A DNA stretch of 64,000 nucleotides from Nitrospinales bacterium (lineage in GTDB: Bacteria; Nitrospinota; Nitrospinia; Nitrospinales; VA-1), in assembly GCA_965223795.1 (NCBI GenBank), contig CBDCXL010000002.1, positions 1,984,001-2,048,000 on the forward strand. Reading direction: 5' to 3'. The notes beneath the pieces are model-generated. The model was not told where the DNA came from. It saw only the letters and a list, made by a program, of their open reading frames with translations, and did no database searches. This document shows, one piece after another, positions 50,118-61,073 of the stretch (the first letter of the stretch is position 1; each line of letters opens with the position of its first letter). A program made the position numbers and the translations under genes.

Positions 50118-50172
50118 AATAACCTTCTCCTATTTGCGCCCTAATGCTTTCCTAACAATTCAGGCCTATTGT
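50118..50172 (+). promoter_or_regulatory. Putative Pho box and -10 upstream of the porin-pst block
   Basis: 11-bp-periodic AATAAC (50118), CCTATT (50129), CCTAAT (50140), CCTAAC (50151), then ATTCAGGC and TATTGT. Confidence 0.6.
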
Positions 50173-50256
50173 GGGCCGCAAAAAAGAAATCGCGATTGTG
50201 GATTAAGTGCCCCAGGATCAACGGGGAACCCGAACCAAACCGAGAGGAGAAAAGGA

Positions 50257-51435
50257 ATGGGAATCAGGAGGAAGTCAATACTGTGTCTGCTGTTCATGAG
50301 CTGGGTGCTGCCGGGGTCTGTGCTGGCGCAGATGTCGCAAAGCGAACTGAGGCTCACTGCCCTGGAGGAAAAACTAGAAGCGAGAGAGAAAAAATTCAAG
50401 TGGCTGGAAAATTTCAAACCCAAAGCGGATCTGCGCCTGCGGCACGAGAGCCTGTTTCGTGAAGGCGACAACACCGCCAGCGCGAGCCGGAAGTTCGACC
50501 GGCACCGGGAGCGGATCCGGTTCCGCATTGGCGGCAAATACCATTTCACCAAAAACATTCATGTGGGTTTTCGTCTCGTGACGGGTGGCACCGATCCGGT
50601 TTCCACCAACCAGACGCTCGACAACTCGTTTTCCACCAAAGGATTTCAGTTCGACCGCGGCTACGCCGCCGGCAAATTCGGATTCGGCGCCATCGATCTG
50701 AAACTGACGGGAGGAAAGTTCGCCAATCCGTTCCTGTGGTCGGAAATGTTGTGGGACAGCGACCTCAGCTTTGAAGGCGCGTCGGAACAGGTTTCCACCC
50801 AATTCGGCGACACCAAGCTCAGCCTCATTCTCGGCCAGTTTGTGATCGAGGAAAACGGCGGCACCAACGACGATCCCAACCTGATGGCGTACCAGGGTGT
50901 GATCGAACAGAAATTCGGCATGGGCAAGGCCAAGATCGGCATCGGGTATTTCGACTACAACGCGCTTGCCGGCAACGTGTCGACCCAGGTGACAAAAGGC
51001 AACACGCTGGATGCGGCGGGGAATTTTGTGACGAATTATGATATTTTCAACATCATTGGAGAAGTTGGCCTTAAAACGGCCATTCCTGTTAAAATCTTCG
51101 CGGAGTACGCCACCAACACTGCCGGCCGGGCGGACGATCTTGAAAACGACGCCTGGCAGATCGGCGCTAAAGTCGGCCACAAAATCAAAAAATTCGGGGA
51201 CTGGCAGTTCAAGTACCTTTACCGGGAAACTGAACGCGACGCGGTGCTGGATGCGTTCAACGATTCCGATTTCCACGAAGGCGGCACCAACTCCAAGGGC
51301 AGCGAGCTTGGGTTGAAGGTGGGCCTGTACAAGGGAATCCTGGCGAACGTATCCTACTTCATCACCGAAGAGATCACCGGCGGCAAGGACGACCTCGACC
51401 GCTTGCAGGTCGATCTTGTCTTCAAGCTGTTTTAA
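50257..51435 (+). CDS. Putative outer-membrane porin
   Basis: Start re-called at MGIRRKS. Signal peptide; DLRLRHE, RERIRFR, DPVSTNQTL, DSDFHEGGTNSKG; C-terminal LQVDLVFKLF. Confidence 0.85.
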   Translation: MGIRRKSILCLLFMSWVLPGSVLAQMSQSELRLTALEEKLEAREKKFKWLENFKPKADLRLRHESLFREGDNTASASRKFDRHRERIRFRIGGKYHFTKNIHVGFRLVTGGTDPVSTNQTLDNSFSTKGFQFDRGYAAGKFGFGAIDLKLTGGKFANPFLWSEMLWDSDLSFEGASEQVSTQFGDTKLSLILGQFVIEENGGTNDDPNLMAYQGVIEQKFGMGKAKIGIGYFDYNALAGNVSTQVTKGNTLDAAGNFVTNYDIFNIIGEVGLKTAIPVKIFAEYATNTAGRADDLENDAWQIGAKVGHKIKKFGDWQFKYLYRETERDAVLDAFNDSDFHEGGTNSKGSELGLKVGLYKGILANVSYFITEEITGGKDDLDRLQVDLVFKLF

Positions 51436-51484
51436 TCATTCTGTCTCTCAATCTGTTCCTCGCAAGAGGGACGATTGCCCTGGC

Positions 51485-51514
51485 CCGGAGGCGTTGTTCA
51501 CGCGGCGCCTCCGG
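51485..51514 (+). terminator. Strong hairpin between the porin gene and pstS
   Basis: CCGGAGGCGTTG/CGGCGCCTCCGG stem with G-U pairs. No U-tract, so it may be a stability element instead. Confidence 0.45.
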
Positions 51515-51639
51515 CTCCTCCTCTCGAAGCGGAACTGCCGATCCAAAGTCGATATTGAAAATTAAATTCGGGACTCATCAATCCCTAACACGATTGAAGT
51601 AAAAAAAATGAAAAACCGAAACCTATTCAGGAGTCTCCC

Positions 51640-52638
51640 ATGAAACTCAAACAATTCACCAAGACCTTTGCGGGCGCTTCTCTGCTGTTGGTCTTCACGG
51701 CTAGCCAGGCAGGCGCCGACGCGATCAAGGTCGATCCGAACCTGACGCCTTACGGCAAGACCGGCGGCATCAGCGGCAACCTGTCCAGCGTGGGGTCCGA
51801 CACGCTCAACAACCTCATGACCTTCTGGACGGAAAAATTCAAGGAGTTCTACCCGAACGTCAACATCCAGGTGGAAGGCAAGGGTTCTTCCACCGCTCCG
51901 CCGGCGCTGATCTCCGCAACGGCACAGCTGGGCCCCATGTCCCGTGCGATGAAGGGCAAGGAGATGGACGCGTTCGAGAAAAAATTCGGCTACAAGCCGA
52001 CTCCGGTCCGCGTCGCCATCGATGCGCTGGCGGTGTTCGTCAACAAGGACAATCCGATCAAGGGCATGAGCCTCGCGCAGGTGGACGCGCTGTTTTCCAA
52101 ATCCGGCCGCCGCGGTCACAAGCCCATCGAAACCTGGGGCGACCTGGGGATGACGGGCGACTGGGCCAAACGGCCTGTCAGCCTGTACGGCCGCAACTCC
52201 GCTTCCGGCACGTACGGCTTTTTCAAGAAACTGGTTCTTAAAAAAGGCGACTACAAGGACGATGTGAAGGAGCAGCCCGGTTCGGCCTCGGTGGTGCAGA
52301 GCATCAGCGTCGACCGCTTTGCGGCGGGTTACAGCGGCATCGGTTACCGGACCGCCAGTGTGCGGGCGCTGCCGCTGTCTGAAAAGGGCACAAAATATGT
52401 CGAAGCGAACGCGGAGAACGCCCTGACCGGTGATTATCCGCTGGCGCGCTTCCTCTACATCTATGTCAACAAAGCTCCGGGCAAACCGCTCGATCCGTTG
52501 ACCCAGGAGTTTCTCAAAATGATTCTTTCCAAGGAAGGGCAGGAAGTGGTCGTCAAAGGCGGTTATTTCCCGATCGCAAATCAGATCGCCCAGGAAGACA
52601 TCGCCATGCTCACCGGCGGTTCCAAGATGACCAACTGA
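51640..52638 (+). CDS. pstS: Phosphate ABC transporter substrate-binding protein
   Basis: [42 protein letters not shown]. Confidence 0.95.
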   Translation: MKLKQFTKTFAGASLLLVFTASQAGADAIKVDPNLTPYGKTGGISGNLSSVGSDTLNNLMTFWTEKFKEFYPNVNIQVEGKGSSTAPPALISATAQLGPMSRAMKGKEMDAFEKKFGYKPTPVRVAIDALAVFVNKDNPIKGMSLAQVDALFSKSGRRGHKPIETWGDLGMTGDWAKRPVSLYGRNSASGTYGFFKKLVLKKGDYKDDVKEQPGSASVVQSISVDRFAAGYSGIGYRTASVRALPLSEKGTKYVEANAENALTGDYPLARFLYIYVNKAPGKPLDPLTQEFLKMILSKEGQEVVVKGGYFPIANQIAQEDIAMLTGGSKMTN

Positions 52639-52641
52639 TCC

Positions 52642-54909
52642 ATGTCTTCTGAATCCCCGACAACCTCAAGCTCCGATTCGCCGCAATCCGCGGCGGGTCG
52701 GGGGCTGTTTGCCGACAATCTCAAGCGCCGTCTCCTTATTGACCGCCTTGCGGCAAAGAGTGTGACGCTCGGCGGCTGGATCATCATCGCCTGCATTCTC
52801 GCTATTCTGCTCGTCATCGTCATCGAGTTTTTTCCGCTGTTTAAAAGTCCCTCCTCTTCTCTGGAAAAAACGATCGCCACCGGTGAGGATGCGCCTGCGC
52901 TCGCCGTGGGGATGGATGAGTACGTGGAGGTGGCGTACCGGGTGGATGCCTCGGGGATCCATTTCTATTCTCTCAAGACGGGAGAACCGTTTGAAGATTT
53001 CAAGCTGGAGGGTTTGGGCACGGCCCAGGTGACGGCGGTTTCCCAGGGGGCGGAGGGAAGCCTGGTGCTCGGGCTTTCGGACGGGCGCATTCTTCCGGTC
53101 GATGTGCAGTTCGAGAGCCGGTTTGAAAATGATGTGCGCACGATCGTGCCTTCGCTCAAGGAGAAGGAACCGGTGCGGGTGCGTGAGGATGAAAAACCGG
53201 TGACGCGGCTGACGCATTCTGATGGAGAAGAAGGCAATTTCATCGCCGCCGTCTCCGGTCCGGCGAGTGTGGTGTTTCTGGAAGTGATCGAGAAAACGAA
53301 CCTGATGGGCGTGACAAAACGGAAAATGCACACCCATTCGATCGATTTTCCGGTGAAAGGAAACATTTCCGCGCTGATCATCGACGCCATCGAGAGCGCC
53401 CTGATCGTCGGCACCAGTTCCGGTCAGATACTCAGAGCGTCCACCGCGGATCTGGATTCGGAAACGAAGGTCGAGGTGGCAGGTGCGACCCGCAGCTCCG
53501 GCGTGGGTGTGACGCGGTTCGATTTTCTGCTCGGCGGCTACACGCTGGTCATGGGAGATTCCGAGGGCGGCGTCACGTCTTATCAATGGCTGCGGCGCGA
53601 TGACGGGAAACGGGGACTGCGCAAGATTTATGATTTCACGCCGCACGAAGCCGCCACTGTCTTTTTTGAAAAATCTCAACGCACCAAGGGCTTTCTTTCC
53701 GGTTCCGCCGAAAGCATGAATGTGCATTATGGCACCACCGGAGAAACCCAGCTCAACCTGATGCCTCCGGAGGGCGTGGCGTTCCAGGCTTTTTCCATGT
53801 CCCCCAAAGCGGACGCCGTGCTGGCTTCGGATACGCAGGGCGATCTTCTGCTTTGGACGCTGGACAACCATTATCCGCAGATCACGCTGCGCTCCGTTTT
53901 TGGCAAAACGCAATACGAAGGTTACGAAGAGCCCACCTACGTCTGGCAGTCTACCGGCGGTTCGGACGCGTTCGAATCGAAATTCAGCCTGGTGCCTCTG
54001 GTTTTCGGCACTTTGAAGGGCACCTTCTACGCAATGCTGTTCGCGGTGCCGCTGGCGATCCTGGGGGCGTTTTACACGTCGCAGTTCATGCACACCCGGC
54101 TCAAAGGCATCGTCAAACCGACGATCGAGCTGATGGCGGCGCTCCCCAGCGTGGTGCTGGGATTTTTCGCGGCGCTGATCGTCGCACCCGAGGTCGAGCG
54201 CTGGCTTCCTGGAATCATCATGATGCCTTTCGTGATCATCATCATGGTGCTTGCGGCGCTTCTGGTCTATGAAGGCTGGGACAAGCTGTACGGAAAGATT
54301 CCTGCGGGAATGGAGATCTCTTTTCTGATTCCCCTGACCCTGGTTGCGGGATTGCTTTCGGTTTATTTCGGCAAGGTCGTGGAAGTGCAGTTCATGTTCG
54401 GGGATCACCGGACCTTCTGGAACGAAGTGTTCAACATCACCTACGATCAGCGCAACGCGCTTGTGGTCGGGCTGGCGATGGGGTTTGCGGTCATTCCGCT
54501 GATCTTCACGATCACCGAGGATTCGCTGTCCAACGTTCCGGAGCATTTGCGCGCTTCGTCTTTGGCGCTGGGGGCGACGCCGTGGCAGACGGCGATCCGG
54601 GTCATCCTGCCCACGGCGAGTCCGGGAATTTTCTCGGCGATCATGATCGGTTTCGGACGCGCGGTCGGAGAAACCATGATCGTTCTCATGGCCACGGGCA
54701 ACACGCCGGTGATGGAGTGGAGCATGTTCAACGGATTCCGCGCCCTCTCGGCCAACATCGCGGTGGAACTGCCGGAGGCGCCCGAAGGCGGGACGCTGTT
54801 TCGGCTGCTCTTTCTCGCCGCATTTTTGCTGTTCGTCATGACGTTTTTCATCAACACACTGGCAGAGGTGGTGCGCCTGCGTCTCAGAAAGAGGTACCGG
54901 GTTTTATGA
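52642..54909 (+). CDS. pstC: Phosphate ABC permease, long form with a large inserted soluble domain
   Basis: WQSTGG, KPTIELMAALPSVVLG, GFGRAVGETMIVLMATGN. Confidence 0.92.
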   Translation: MSSESPTTSSSDSPQSAAGRGLFADNLKRRLLIDRLAAKSVTLGGWIIIACILAILLVIVIEFFPLFKSPSSSLEKTIATGEDAPALAVGMDEYVEVAYRVDASGIHFYSLKTGEPFEDFKLEGLGTAQVTAVSQGAEGSLVLGLSDGRILPVDVQFESRFENDVRTIVPSLKEKEPVRVREDEKPVTRLTHSDGEEGNFIAAVSGPASVVFLEVIEKTNLMGVTKRKMHTHSIDFPVKGNISALIIDAIESALIVGTSSGQILRASTADLDSETKVEVAGATRSSGVGVTRFDFLLGGYTLVMGDSEGGVTSYQWLRRDDGKRGLRKIYDFTPHEAATVFFEKSQRTKGFLSGSAESMNVHYGTTGETQLNLMPPEGVAFQAFSMSPKADAVLASDTQGDLLLWTLDNHYPQITLRSVFGKTQYEGYEEPTYVWQSTGGSDAFESKFSLVPLVFGTLKGTFYAMLFAVPLAILGAFYTSQFMHTRLKGIVKPTIELMAALPSVVLGFFAALIVAPEVERWLPGIIMMPFVIIIMVLAALLVYEGWDKLYGKIPAGMEISFLIPLTLVAGLLSVYFGKVVEVQFMFGDHRTFWNEVFNITYDQRNALVVGLAMGFAVIPLIFTITEDSLSNVPEHLRASSLALGATPWQTAIRVILPTASPGIFSAIMIGFGRAVGETMIVLMATGNTPVMEWSMFNGFRALSANIAVELPEAPEGGTLFRLLFLAAFLLFVMTFFINTLAEVVRLRLRKRYRVL

Positions 54910-56534
54910 AGAGTCACTTGCAGGGAGTGTGGCGGCGGGGCGATTTTTTCATCTGGCTTTCAGGTGCGGGGCTCGCGCTTTCCCTCATCATGGTCGCGGC
55001 GCTGCTGCTTTCGATTTTCGTCAACGCGACGCAGTTTTTCTGGCCGGGCGAAACCGTCAGCGTGCTGATGGACGATGGCAGAAAGATTTTGGGGCAGGTG
55101 ATGGCGCGGGAATCGATCCCCAACCCGGACAATCCGGAAGCGCCCCTCAAGCACCGCATTCAGGTGAAAAAGGGCAACCGGGATGTGTACGGGTTCGATT
55201 TCGAGTGGCTGGACGAGGACAACATCCAGTCGATCGTGCTTTCCAAAAACGCGGTGATCGTGGAGCGGCGCGAGTGGGGCGAATTTTACGGCACCATCGT
55301 GGAAGTGAAAGACGAAGGCAAAACCGTCGCCACCGGGCACGATGCGGGTTTGAGGGCGGTGCAGGAGCTGTTGCCCGGAACCATCGAGACGTACGAAAAG
55401 ATCAAAAAGATCGAGCGCAAGGACATCGGCAAGATCAATCACTACATGGAGAAAAACCGGCTGGCTTTGAAAAGCCTGGCCGAGGATGGAGTGACCGAAG
55501 GGAAGAAAGTCAAAAAACTGAAAGAGAAAGAACAGGAACTGAACGCCGAGTACAATGCGCTGGAAAAAGACCTGACGCAACTGAGACAGAGCCAGTCCGC
55601 GCAAATGAGGATGGTCACTGAAGACGGGCGCGAAAAGACCATTCCCCTTGCTAAAGTCATCCGGGTGTATTCCCCCAACGATTTCGGCCTGTTCGACAAG
55701 ATCGGTTTTTTCCTCACCAAGGTCTGGGAATTCATCTTCGAGGAACCGCGCGAAGCCAATACGGAAGGCGGCGTGTTTCCGGCGATCTATGGAACCATCA
55801 TGATGGTTCTGATCATGAGCCTGCTGGCCACGCCGCTGGGTGTGATCGCGGCGTTCTATCTGCGTGAATACGCCCGTCAGGGCGCCATGGTGAGTGCGGT
55901 GCGGATCGCGGTCAACAACCTCGCGGGCGTGCCCTCCATCGTGTTCGGCGTGTTCGGAGTCGGCTTTTTCATCTACTTCATCGGTGGTTCCATCGATAAT
56001 TTTTTCTTTTCCGATTCCCTGCCGACGCCCACCTTCGGCACCGGCGGCATCCTGTGGGCCTCCCTGACGATGGCGCTGTTGACCGTTCCGGTCGTCATCG
56101 TCTCCACGGAAGAAGGTCTGGCATCGGTTCCGTCCGGTATCCGGGAAGCGTCCCTGGCGGTGGGCGCCACCAAGTTCGAGACCACCTGGCGGGTCGTGCT
56201 GCCTGCGGTGATGCCCTCCATCCTGACGGGACTCATCCTGGCGATGGCGCGGGCGGCGGGAGAGGTAGCCCCTTTGATGATCACGGGCGTGGTGAAACTG
56301 GCTCCGTCCCTGCCTGTGGACGGGATCTTTCCGTTCATCCACCTGGAACGCAAATTCATGCATCTGGGATTTCATATCTATGACGTGGGTTTTCAATCGC
56401 CGAACGTGGACGCGGCGAGGCCCATGGTGTTCACGACCACGCTGCTGCTGATCGTGATCGTATTGCTTCTGAACTTTTCCGCCATTTTGCTCAGGAATCG
56501 TTTGAGAAGAAAATTGTCCGTTTCAGGGGTATAA
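54906..56534 (+). CDS. pstA: Phosphate ABC permease, long form
   Basis: Start re-called at MKSHLQG (ATGA overlap). [36 protein letters not shown]. Confidence 0.93.
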   Translation: MKSHLQGVWRRGDFFIWLSGAGLALSLIMVAALLLSIFVNATQFFWPGETVSVLMDDGRKILGQVMARESIPNPDNPEAPLKHRIQVKKGNRDVYGFDFEWLDEDNIQSIVLSKNAVIVERREWGEFYGTIVEVKDEGKTVATGHDAGLRAVQELLPGTIETYEKIKKIERKDIGKINHYMEKNRLALKSLAEDGVTEGKKVKKLKEKEQELNAEYNALEKDLTQLRQSQSAQMRMVTEDGREKTIPLAKVIRVYSPNDFGLFDKIGFFLTKVWEFIFEEPREANTEGGVFPAIYGTIMMVLIMSLLATPLGVIAAFYLREYARQGAMVSAVRIAVNNLAGVPSIVFGVFGVGFFIYFIGGSIDNFFFSDSLPTPTFGTGGILWASLTMALLTVPVVIVSTEEGLASVPSGIREASLAVGATKFETTWRVVLPAVMPSILTGLILAMARAAGEVAPLMITGVVKLAPSLPVDGIFPFIHLERKFMHLGFHIYDVGFQSPNVDAARPMVFTTTLLLIVIVLLLNFSAILLRNRLRRKLSVSGV

Positions 56535-56548
56535 TAGGGAGACGCTCA

Positions 56549-57421
56549 ATGGCGGAAATCAAACTGAAAACCCAGATGACCGAAAGCAATCAAAATCCAG
56601 CTGAACTGGCTTCACCGCTGCAAATGGAGCAGACCGCAAAACCCGCTTCGACCCCCTCGGACCTGGACAACCCGATCGTGGAAATCGACAATGTGAATTT
56701 CTTCTATGGGGAAAAGCAGGCCCTGAAGGAAATTTCCATGGTCATTCCGAAGAACCGGGTCACCGCCTACATCGGTCCGTCCGGCTGCGGCAAATCCACG
56801 CTGTTGCGCTGCATCAACCGGATGAACGACCTGGTGGAAGGCGCCCGCATGGAGGGCGTCATCCGCATCAACGGGGTGGATCTCAACAGCATGGGGCAGG
56901 ATGTGAGCGTGCTGCGCAAGCGGGTGGGCATGGTGTTTCAGAAATTCAATCCGTTTCCCAAGACCATCTATGAAAACGTCGCCTACGGTCCCAAGGTGCA
57001 CGGTCTCAAGGACAAGAACAAACTGGATGCAATCGTCGAGCAGAGCCTGAAATCCACGGCGCTGTGGGATGAAGTGAAAGACCGGCTGCACGAAAGCGCC
57101 CTGGCCCTTTCCGGCGGGCAGCAGCAGCGGCTCTGCATCGCGCGCGCGATCGCGGTGGAACCGGAAGTCCTGCTGATGGACGAGCCCTGTTCCGCCCTCG
57201 ATCCACTGGCAACCGGACGGATTGAGGAACTGATGGTCACGCTCAAGGAAAAATACACGATCGTCATCGTCACCCACAACATGCAGCAGGCGGCGCGCAT
57301 CGCCGATTACACCGGATTTTTGCTGCTTGGGGAGCTGATGGAGTTCGGCCCCACCGACCGGTTGTTCACCAAGCCCGACAAAAAGGAAACCGAGGATTAC
57401 ATCACCGGTCGATTCGGTTGA
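56549..57421 (+). CDS. pstB: Phosphate ABC transporter ATPase
   Basis: [39 protein letters not shown]. Confidence 0.97.
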   Translation: MAEIKLKTQMTESNQNPAELASPLQMEQTAKPASTPSDLDNPIVEIDNVNFFYGEKQALKEISMVIPKNRVTAYIGPSGCGKSTLLRCINRMNDLVEGARMEGVIRINGVDLNSMGQDVSVLRKRVGMVFQKFNPFPKTIYENVAYGPKVHGLKDKNKLDAIVEQSLKSTALWDEVKDRLHESALALSGGQQQRLCIARAIAVEPEVLLMDEPCSALDPLATGRIEELMVTLKEKYTIVIVTHNMQQAARIADYTGFLLLGELMEFGPTDRLFTKPDKKETEDYITGRFG

Positions 57422-57434
57422 TCAGGAGAACACG

Positions 57435-58136
57435 ATGGCGCGACATCCCAGGCATCTGGAACGAGAAATCGAAAAGCTGAAAGCCAAGATCGTCTCTTTG
57501 GGAACGCTGGTGGAAGAGAGCGTGCAAAAAGCGGTCCTGTCCCTGACAACGCGAAATTCGTCGGTGGCGCTCAAGGTCATCGACGGCGACAACGACATCG
57601 ACCACATCGAGGTGGATGTCGAGGAAGAGTGTCTGAAGATCCTGGCCCTGCACCAGCCGGTGGCCAACGACCTGCGCCTGATCATCGCGATTCTCAAGAT
57701 CAACAACGACCTGGAACGGATCGGCGACCTGGCGGTGAACATCGCCGAGCGGGCGGTCTATCTCGCCACCCAGGATTCCGTGGACCTGCCATTTGATTTC
57801 AACAATATGGCGCAGAAAGCCCAGGCCATGCTGAAAGGCAGCCTGGATGCGCTGGTGCAGGCGGACACGCTGCTCGCGCGCAAGGTCTGCTCCTCGGACG
57901 ACGCGGTGGATTCGATGAACCGGGAAATGTACCGGCTGGTGGAAACGGCGATCCGCAACGATCCGAACAACATCAACAGCCTCATCCATCTGCTCTCCGC
58001 GTCGCGTTACCTGGAACGGGTGGCCGACCACGCCACCAACATTGCGGAAGACGTCATCTACCTGGTGGAAGGGGAGATCGTGCGGCACAATCCGACGCTG
58101 CCCAAAGATTCCGATTCCACTCCCTCAGCGAAATAA
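57435..58136 (+). CDS. phoU: Phosphate signalling protein PhoU
   Basis: HQPVANDLR, DLERIGDLAVNIA, YLERVADHATNIAE. Confidence 0.96.
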   Translation: MARHPRHLEREIEKLKAKIVSLGTLVEESVQKAVLSLTTRNSSVALKVIDGDNDIDHIEVDVEEECLKILALHQPVANDLRLIIAILKINNDLERIGDLAVNIAERAVYLATQDSVDLPFDFNNMAQKAQAMLKGSLDALVQADTLLARKVCSSDDAVDSMNREMYRLVETAIRNDPNNINSLIHLLSASRYLERVADHATNIAEDVIYLVEGEIVRHNPTLPKDSDSTPSAK

Positions 58137-58270
58137 ATCCGCCATCCGGCGTTCGCGTTTTCACACCGTCCCGGTTTTTTGATAGAATGCAGCCGTAATA
58201 GTTGCCAGCCGTTGTCCAGCCACGAACGATTTCCATTCCATTTCAATTTTTTCCAGAGGAGGGGAAGGCC

Positions 58271-58639
58271 ATGATGAAGTCCGTTTTCCGGTCCGCGGTG
58301 TGCGTTGTCGCTCTGTTTCTTTTATTTTCCGGAAACGCGGGCGCTTTGGAAAGGCTCCTGGTTACGGATTCTGAGGTCCTTCAGTCACGGTGGACGAATC
58401 CGTTGTATGAACTGGCGCAAAACGGCGGCGAAAGGAAGGCCTGCCACCAGGAATCCTCGCTGGAACGGTGCGCCGCCTGCTGCCGCGCCGCGCAGGATGC
58501 CTGCGTCGAGCTGGTGATTCCGATGTGCCATCAGGACGAGCCCAGCCGCGCGGAGTTTCGGCATTGCACCAAGGACCGCGAACGGCGTTGCCAGACCGAT
58601 TTCGACAACTGCGCCTGGCTGTGCCGCAGGGTGAAGTGA
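58271..58639 (+). CDS. Small exported Cys-rich protein
   Basis: Start re-called at MMKSVF behind a purine-rich SD. Signal peptide; 10 Cys in the C-terminal ~65 aa. Confidence 0.7.
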   Translation: MMKSVFRSAVCVVALFLLFSGNAGALERLLVTDSEVLQSRWTNPLYELAQNGGERKACHQESSLERCAACCRAAQDACVELVIPMCHQDEPSRAEFRHCTKDRERRCQTDFDNCAWLCRRVK

Positions 58640-58642
58640 CGT

Positions 58643-59269
58643 TCACCGTTCGTCGCGCACGGCCCGCACGCCTCCCTTGGCGCACAAGGAGAAGCGGCGT
58701 ACGTGCACCATCCCCTTGACGAAATAAAAAGTGCGGGCGCAGCAGTCGGTCAGCTCCGTTTCCTTAAAATCCGAAGACCAGTACCAGTACGCGGCGCCGT
58801 CGGCGAATTTTTCGTCCAGCCCCAGCGGTTCATTCGGGTCGTGGTCCATGCTGATGACGTTCTCCTTGGTGTCGTCGTAAATGCCGGCGAGTTCTTTTAA
58901 CGTCGGCAGTCTCCAGTCGTTGTGTCCTCCCACATTCAAAGTCCGCACGTATTCATTGGACTGGTGCCAGTTGAGGCACCGCTGCAGATCCGAATAGCTG
59001 TCCTTTTGTGCCCACATCAGGCCCGAATCGGGATCGCTGATGGTGCCGTCGCCGTTGTCGATGAGATGCAGCCTGGATTCGGGCGGCGGCGGAGGCACAT
59101 AAGGGGGCGCTTCGTAGCCGGGTTTGGGGCCGATGTGCTCCAGTTGCGCATGCGCCGGTTGCGCGTTGAGGAGCGGGAAGCCAAGCGCCATTGCCAGCGC
59201 GATGGCGGTGCGCACGCAGTGCGGGAAAAAAATGTTTTTCATGCTGAAACCTGCTTTTTTAGAGTTCAT
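58643..59269 (-). CDS. DUF1566 (Lcl C-terminal-like) domain exported protein
   Basis: DNGDGTISDPDSGLMW, GGHNDWRLPTLKEL, YWSS, VRAVR. ATGA overlap with msrP. Confidence 0.88.
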   Translation of the reverse strand: MNSKKAGFSMKNIFFPHCVRTAIALAMALGFPLLNAQPAHAQLEHIGPKPGYEAPPYVPPPPPESRLHLIDNGDGTISDPDSGLMWAQKDSYSDLQRCLNWHQSNEYVRTLNVGGHNDWRLPTLKELAGIYDDTKENVISMDHDPNEPLGLDEKFADGAAYWYWSSDFKETELTDCCARTFYFVKGMVHVRRFSLCAKGGVRAVRDER

Positions 59270-60183
59270 GCGTATAAATGCGCGACCTCGGCGGCGTAGC
59301 CGTTGAACGGTTGCGTGCGGATCAGCTCTTCTTTGCCGGGAACCCGCTCGAAGCCCTGCTCCCAGCGGGCGTACGGCACTTCCGGCCGCACATTGGCTTC
59401 GAAATCATATTCCAGAGGAGACACCGTCTGCCAGAACGTTTCCGGCTCCTCACGGGTGAACTCGATGCGGGCGATGGACTTGATGCTCTTGAACCCGTGC
59501 TTCCAGGGCACCACCAGCCGCAGCGGCGCGCCGTTCTGCTTCGGCAGCGCTTTCCCGTACACGCCGGTGGCGATGAAGCTCAAAGGGTGCCCCGCTTCAT
59601 CCAGGCGCAGCCCTTCGGTGTAGGGCCAGGGCTCCCAGAACCGGCGCTTCTGCCCCGCGGCGATGTTGGGGTTCAAAAACGTGGTGAACTTGACGTAGCG
59701 CGCCGATGAGAGCGGCTCAAGCCGTTCGATCAGGCGGCGCAGGGGAAACCCGGTCCACGGGATCACCAGCGCCCAGGCTTCGACGCAGCGCAGCCGGTAA
59801 ATCCGTTCTTCCAGGGCCATGCTTCGGATCAGCGCATGGGCGTCGATCACGCGGGGTTTTTTGACCCGGCCGGTGACTTCGATCTTCCATTCGCCGGTGT
59901 CGAGCGCCTCGGCGTGTTTCCAGATTTCGTCTTTCACGGTGCCGAATTCATAAAAGTTGTTGTAGCGCGTCACGATGGATTCGGGCGACACGTTCACGCT
60001 CTTTTTTTCCTGGCCTAAGAGCCTGGCGACGCCGGGCAGCGGCGGCGCAAGCAGAAGCAGCGCCGCGCCGAGGCCCGCCACCGACATCTGGCGCAGAAAC
60101 CGGCGGCGTTCGCGGTGGAGCGCTTCCGGTGTGACGGTGCGTTCCGGCAGTTCCCAGGCTTTTCGGATTCGTATTCCGCGCAT
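59266..60183 (-). CDS. msrP: Protein-methionine-sulfoxide reductase catalytic subunit MsrP (YedY)
   Basis: Tat RRRFLR; YNNFYEFG, ERIYRLRCVEAW, WPYTEGLRLDEA, QNGAPLRLVVPWK, FNGYA. Confidence 0.92.
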   Translation of the reverse strand: MRGIRIRKAWELPERTVTPEALHRERRRFLRQMSVAGLGAALLLLAPPLPGVARLLGQEKKSVNVSPESIVTRYNNFYEFGTVKDEIWKHAEALDTGEWKIEVTGRVKKPRVIDAHALIRSMALEERIYRLRCVEAWALVIPWTGFPLRRLIERLEPLSSARYVKFTTFLNPNIAAGQKRRFWEPWPYTEGLRLDEAGHPLSFIATGVYGKALPKQNGAPLRLVVPWKHGFKSIKSIARIEFTREEPETFWQTVSPLEYDFEANVRPEVPYARWEQGFERVPGKEELIRTQPFNGYAAEVAHLYA

Positions 60184-60218
60184 GCGTTTCCCTCAGCGTA
60201 TCGTGCCACCCGCGGCGT

Positions 60219-60968
60219 TCATGGGGCGTCCCGGGCGCAGCGGAAGCCGACCGAATCGAGCTTCACCTCCGGCTTCAGCGCGAACCGCATCCCCGTGTGC
60301 ACGTAGTAGGCGGCGTTGTACCAGCTGCCGCCGCGCACGCTTTTGCGGAAACCGGACGGCGGCCCTTTGGGGTTCTTTTGCGGGCTGTCGGCGTAGTAGG
60401 CGGCGCCGAACCAGTCGTGCACCCACTCCCAGACGTTGCCGCTCTGATGGCCGATGCCGTAGCCGAACACGCCCAGTTCCCCGGCGGGCACCGCTCCCGC
60501 CTGGACCGTTCTGCCGAACCGGCCTTTCTGCGTATCGGGCCGCTCGCCGAACGCATAGTCCCAGCCTTTAGGACCGCGCGCGGCTTTTTCCCATTCCGCT
60601 TCGGTGGGAAGCCGTTTCCCCTGTGCTTCGCAATAAGCCGATGCTTCAAACCAGTTCACCCGCGTTGCCGGACAGCGGCCGCAGGCCGAATGCGGACTGG
60701 CGGTGTGATCCGGGTTCTGCGCGCGGTAGGCTTCGTTGGTGACTTCAAACCGGTCGATGAAAAACGCATCCAGATAAATTGTGTGCACCGGCGCTTCGAC
60801 TCCGGTTCCCGCATCCGTGCCCATGGAAAATTCTCCGGCGGCGATGCGCACTTCCGCCGTTTCCTCAGCGATCGCGGAAGCCGCGAAAAAAAGACAGACG
60901 ATTGCAATGAGCAGCCCTCCGGACACGGACAAGCGGTGGCTCTGGATTGGCGCGGAGCAGTCGTTCAT
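60219..60968 (-). CDS. Exported FGE-sulfatase domain protein
   Basis: FFIDRFEVTN, RLPTEAEWEKAARG, GNVWEWV, RGGSW, GFRCARD. Start uncertain (60968 or 61049). Confidence 0.9.
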   Translation of the reverse strand: MNDCSAPIQSHRLSVSGGLLIAIVCLFFAASAIAEETAEVRIAAGEFSMGTDAGTGVEAPVHTIYLDAFFIDRFEVTNEAYRAQNPDHTASPHSACGRCPATRVNWFEASAYCEAQGKRLPTEAEWEKAARGPKGWDYAFGERPDTQKGRFGRTVQAGAVPAGELGVFGYGIGHQSGNVWEWVHDWFGAAYYADSPQKNPKGPPSGFRKSVRGGSWYNAAYYVHTGMRFALKPEVKLDSVGFRCARDAP

Positions 60969-61073
60969 GAAACGGGACCCGAAATTTACACTGATATTTC
61001 GATTATAGGGGGCGGCCGCGTGATTTTGAAGATGAAAATGGCGCTTCACCGGTACCGGGTTTCGGCGCCGGGT

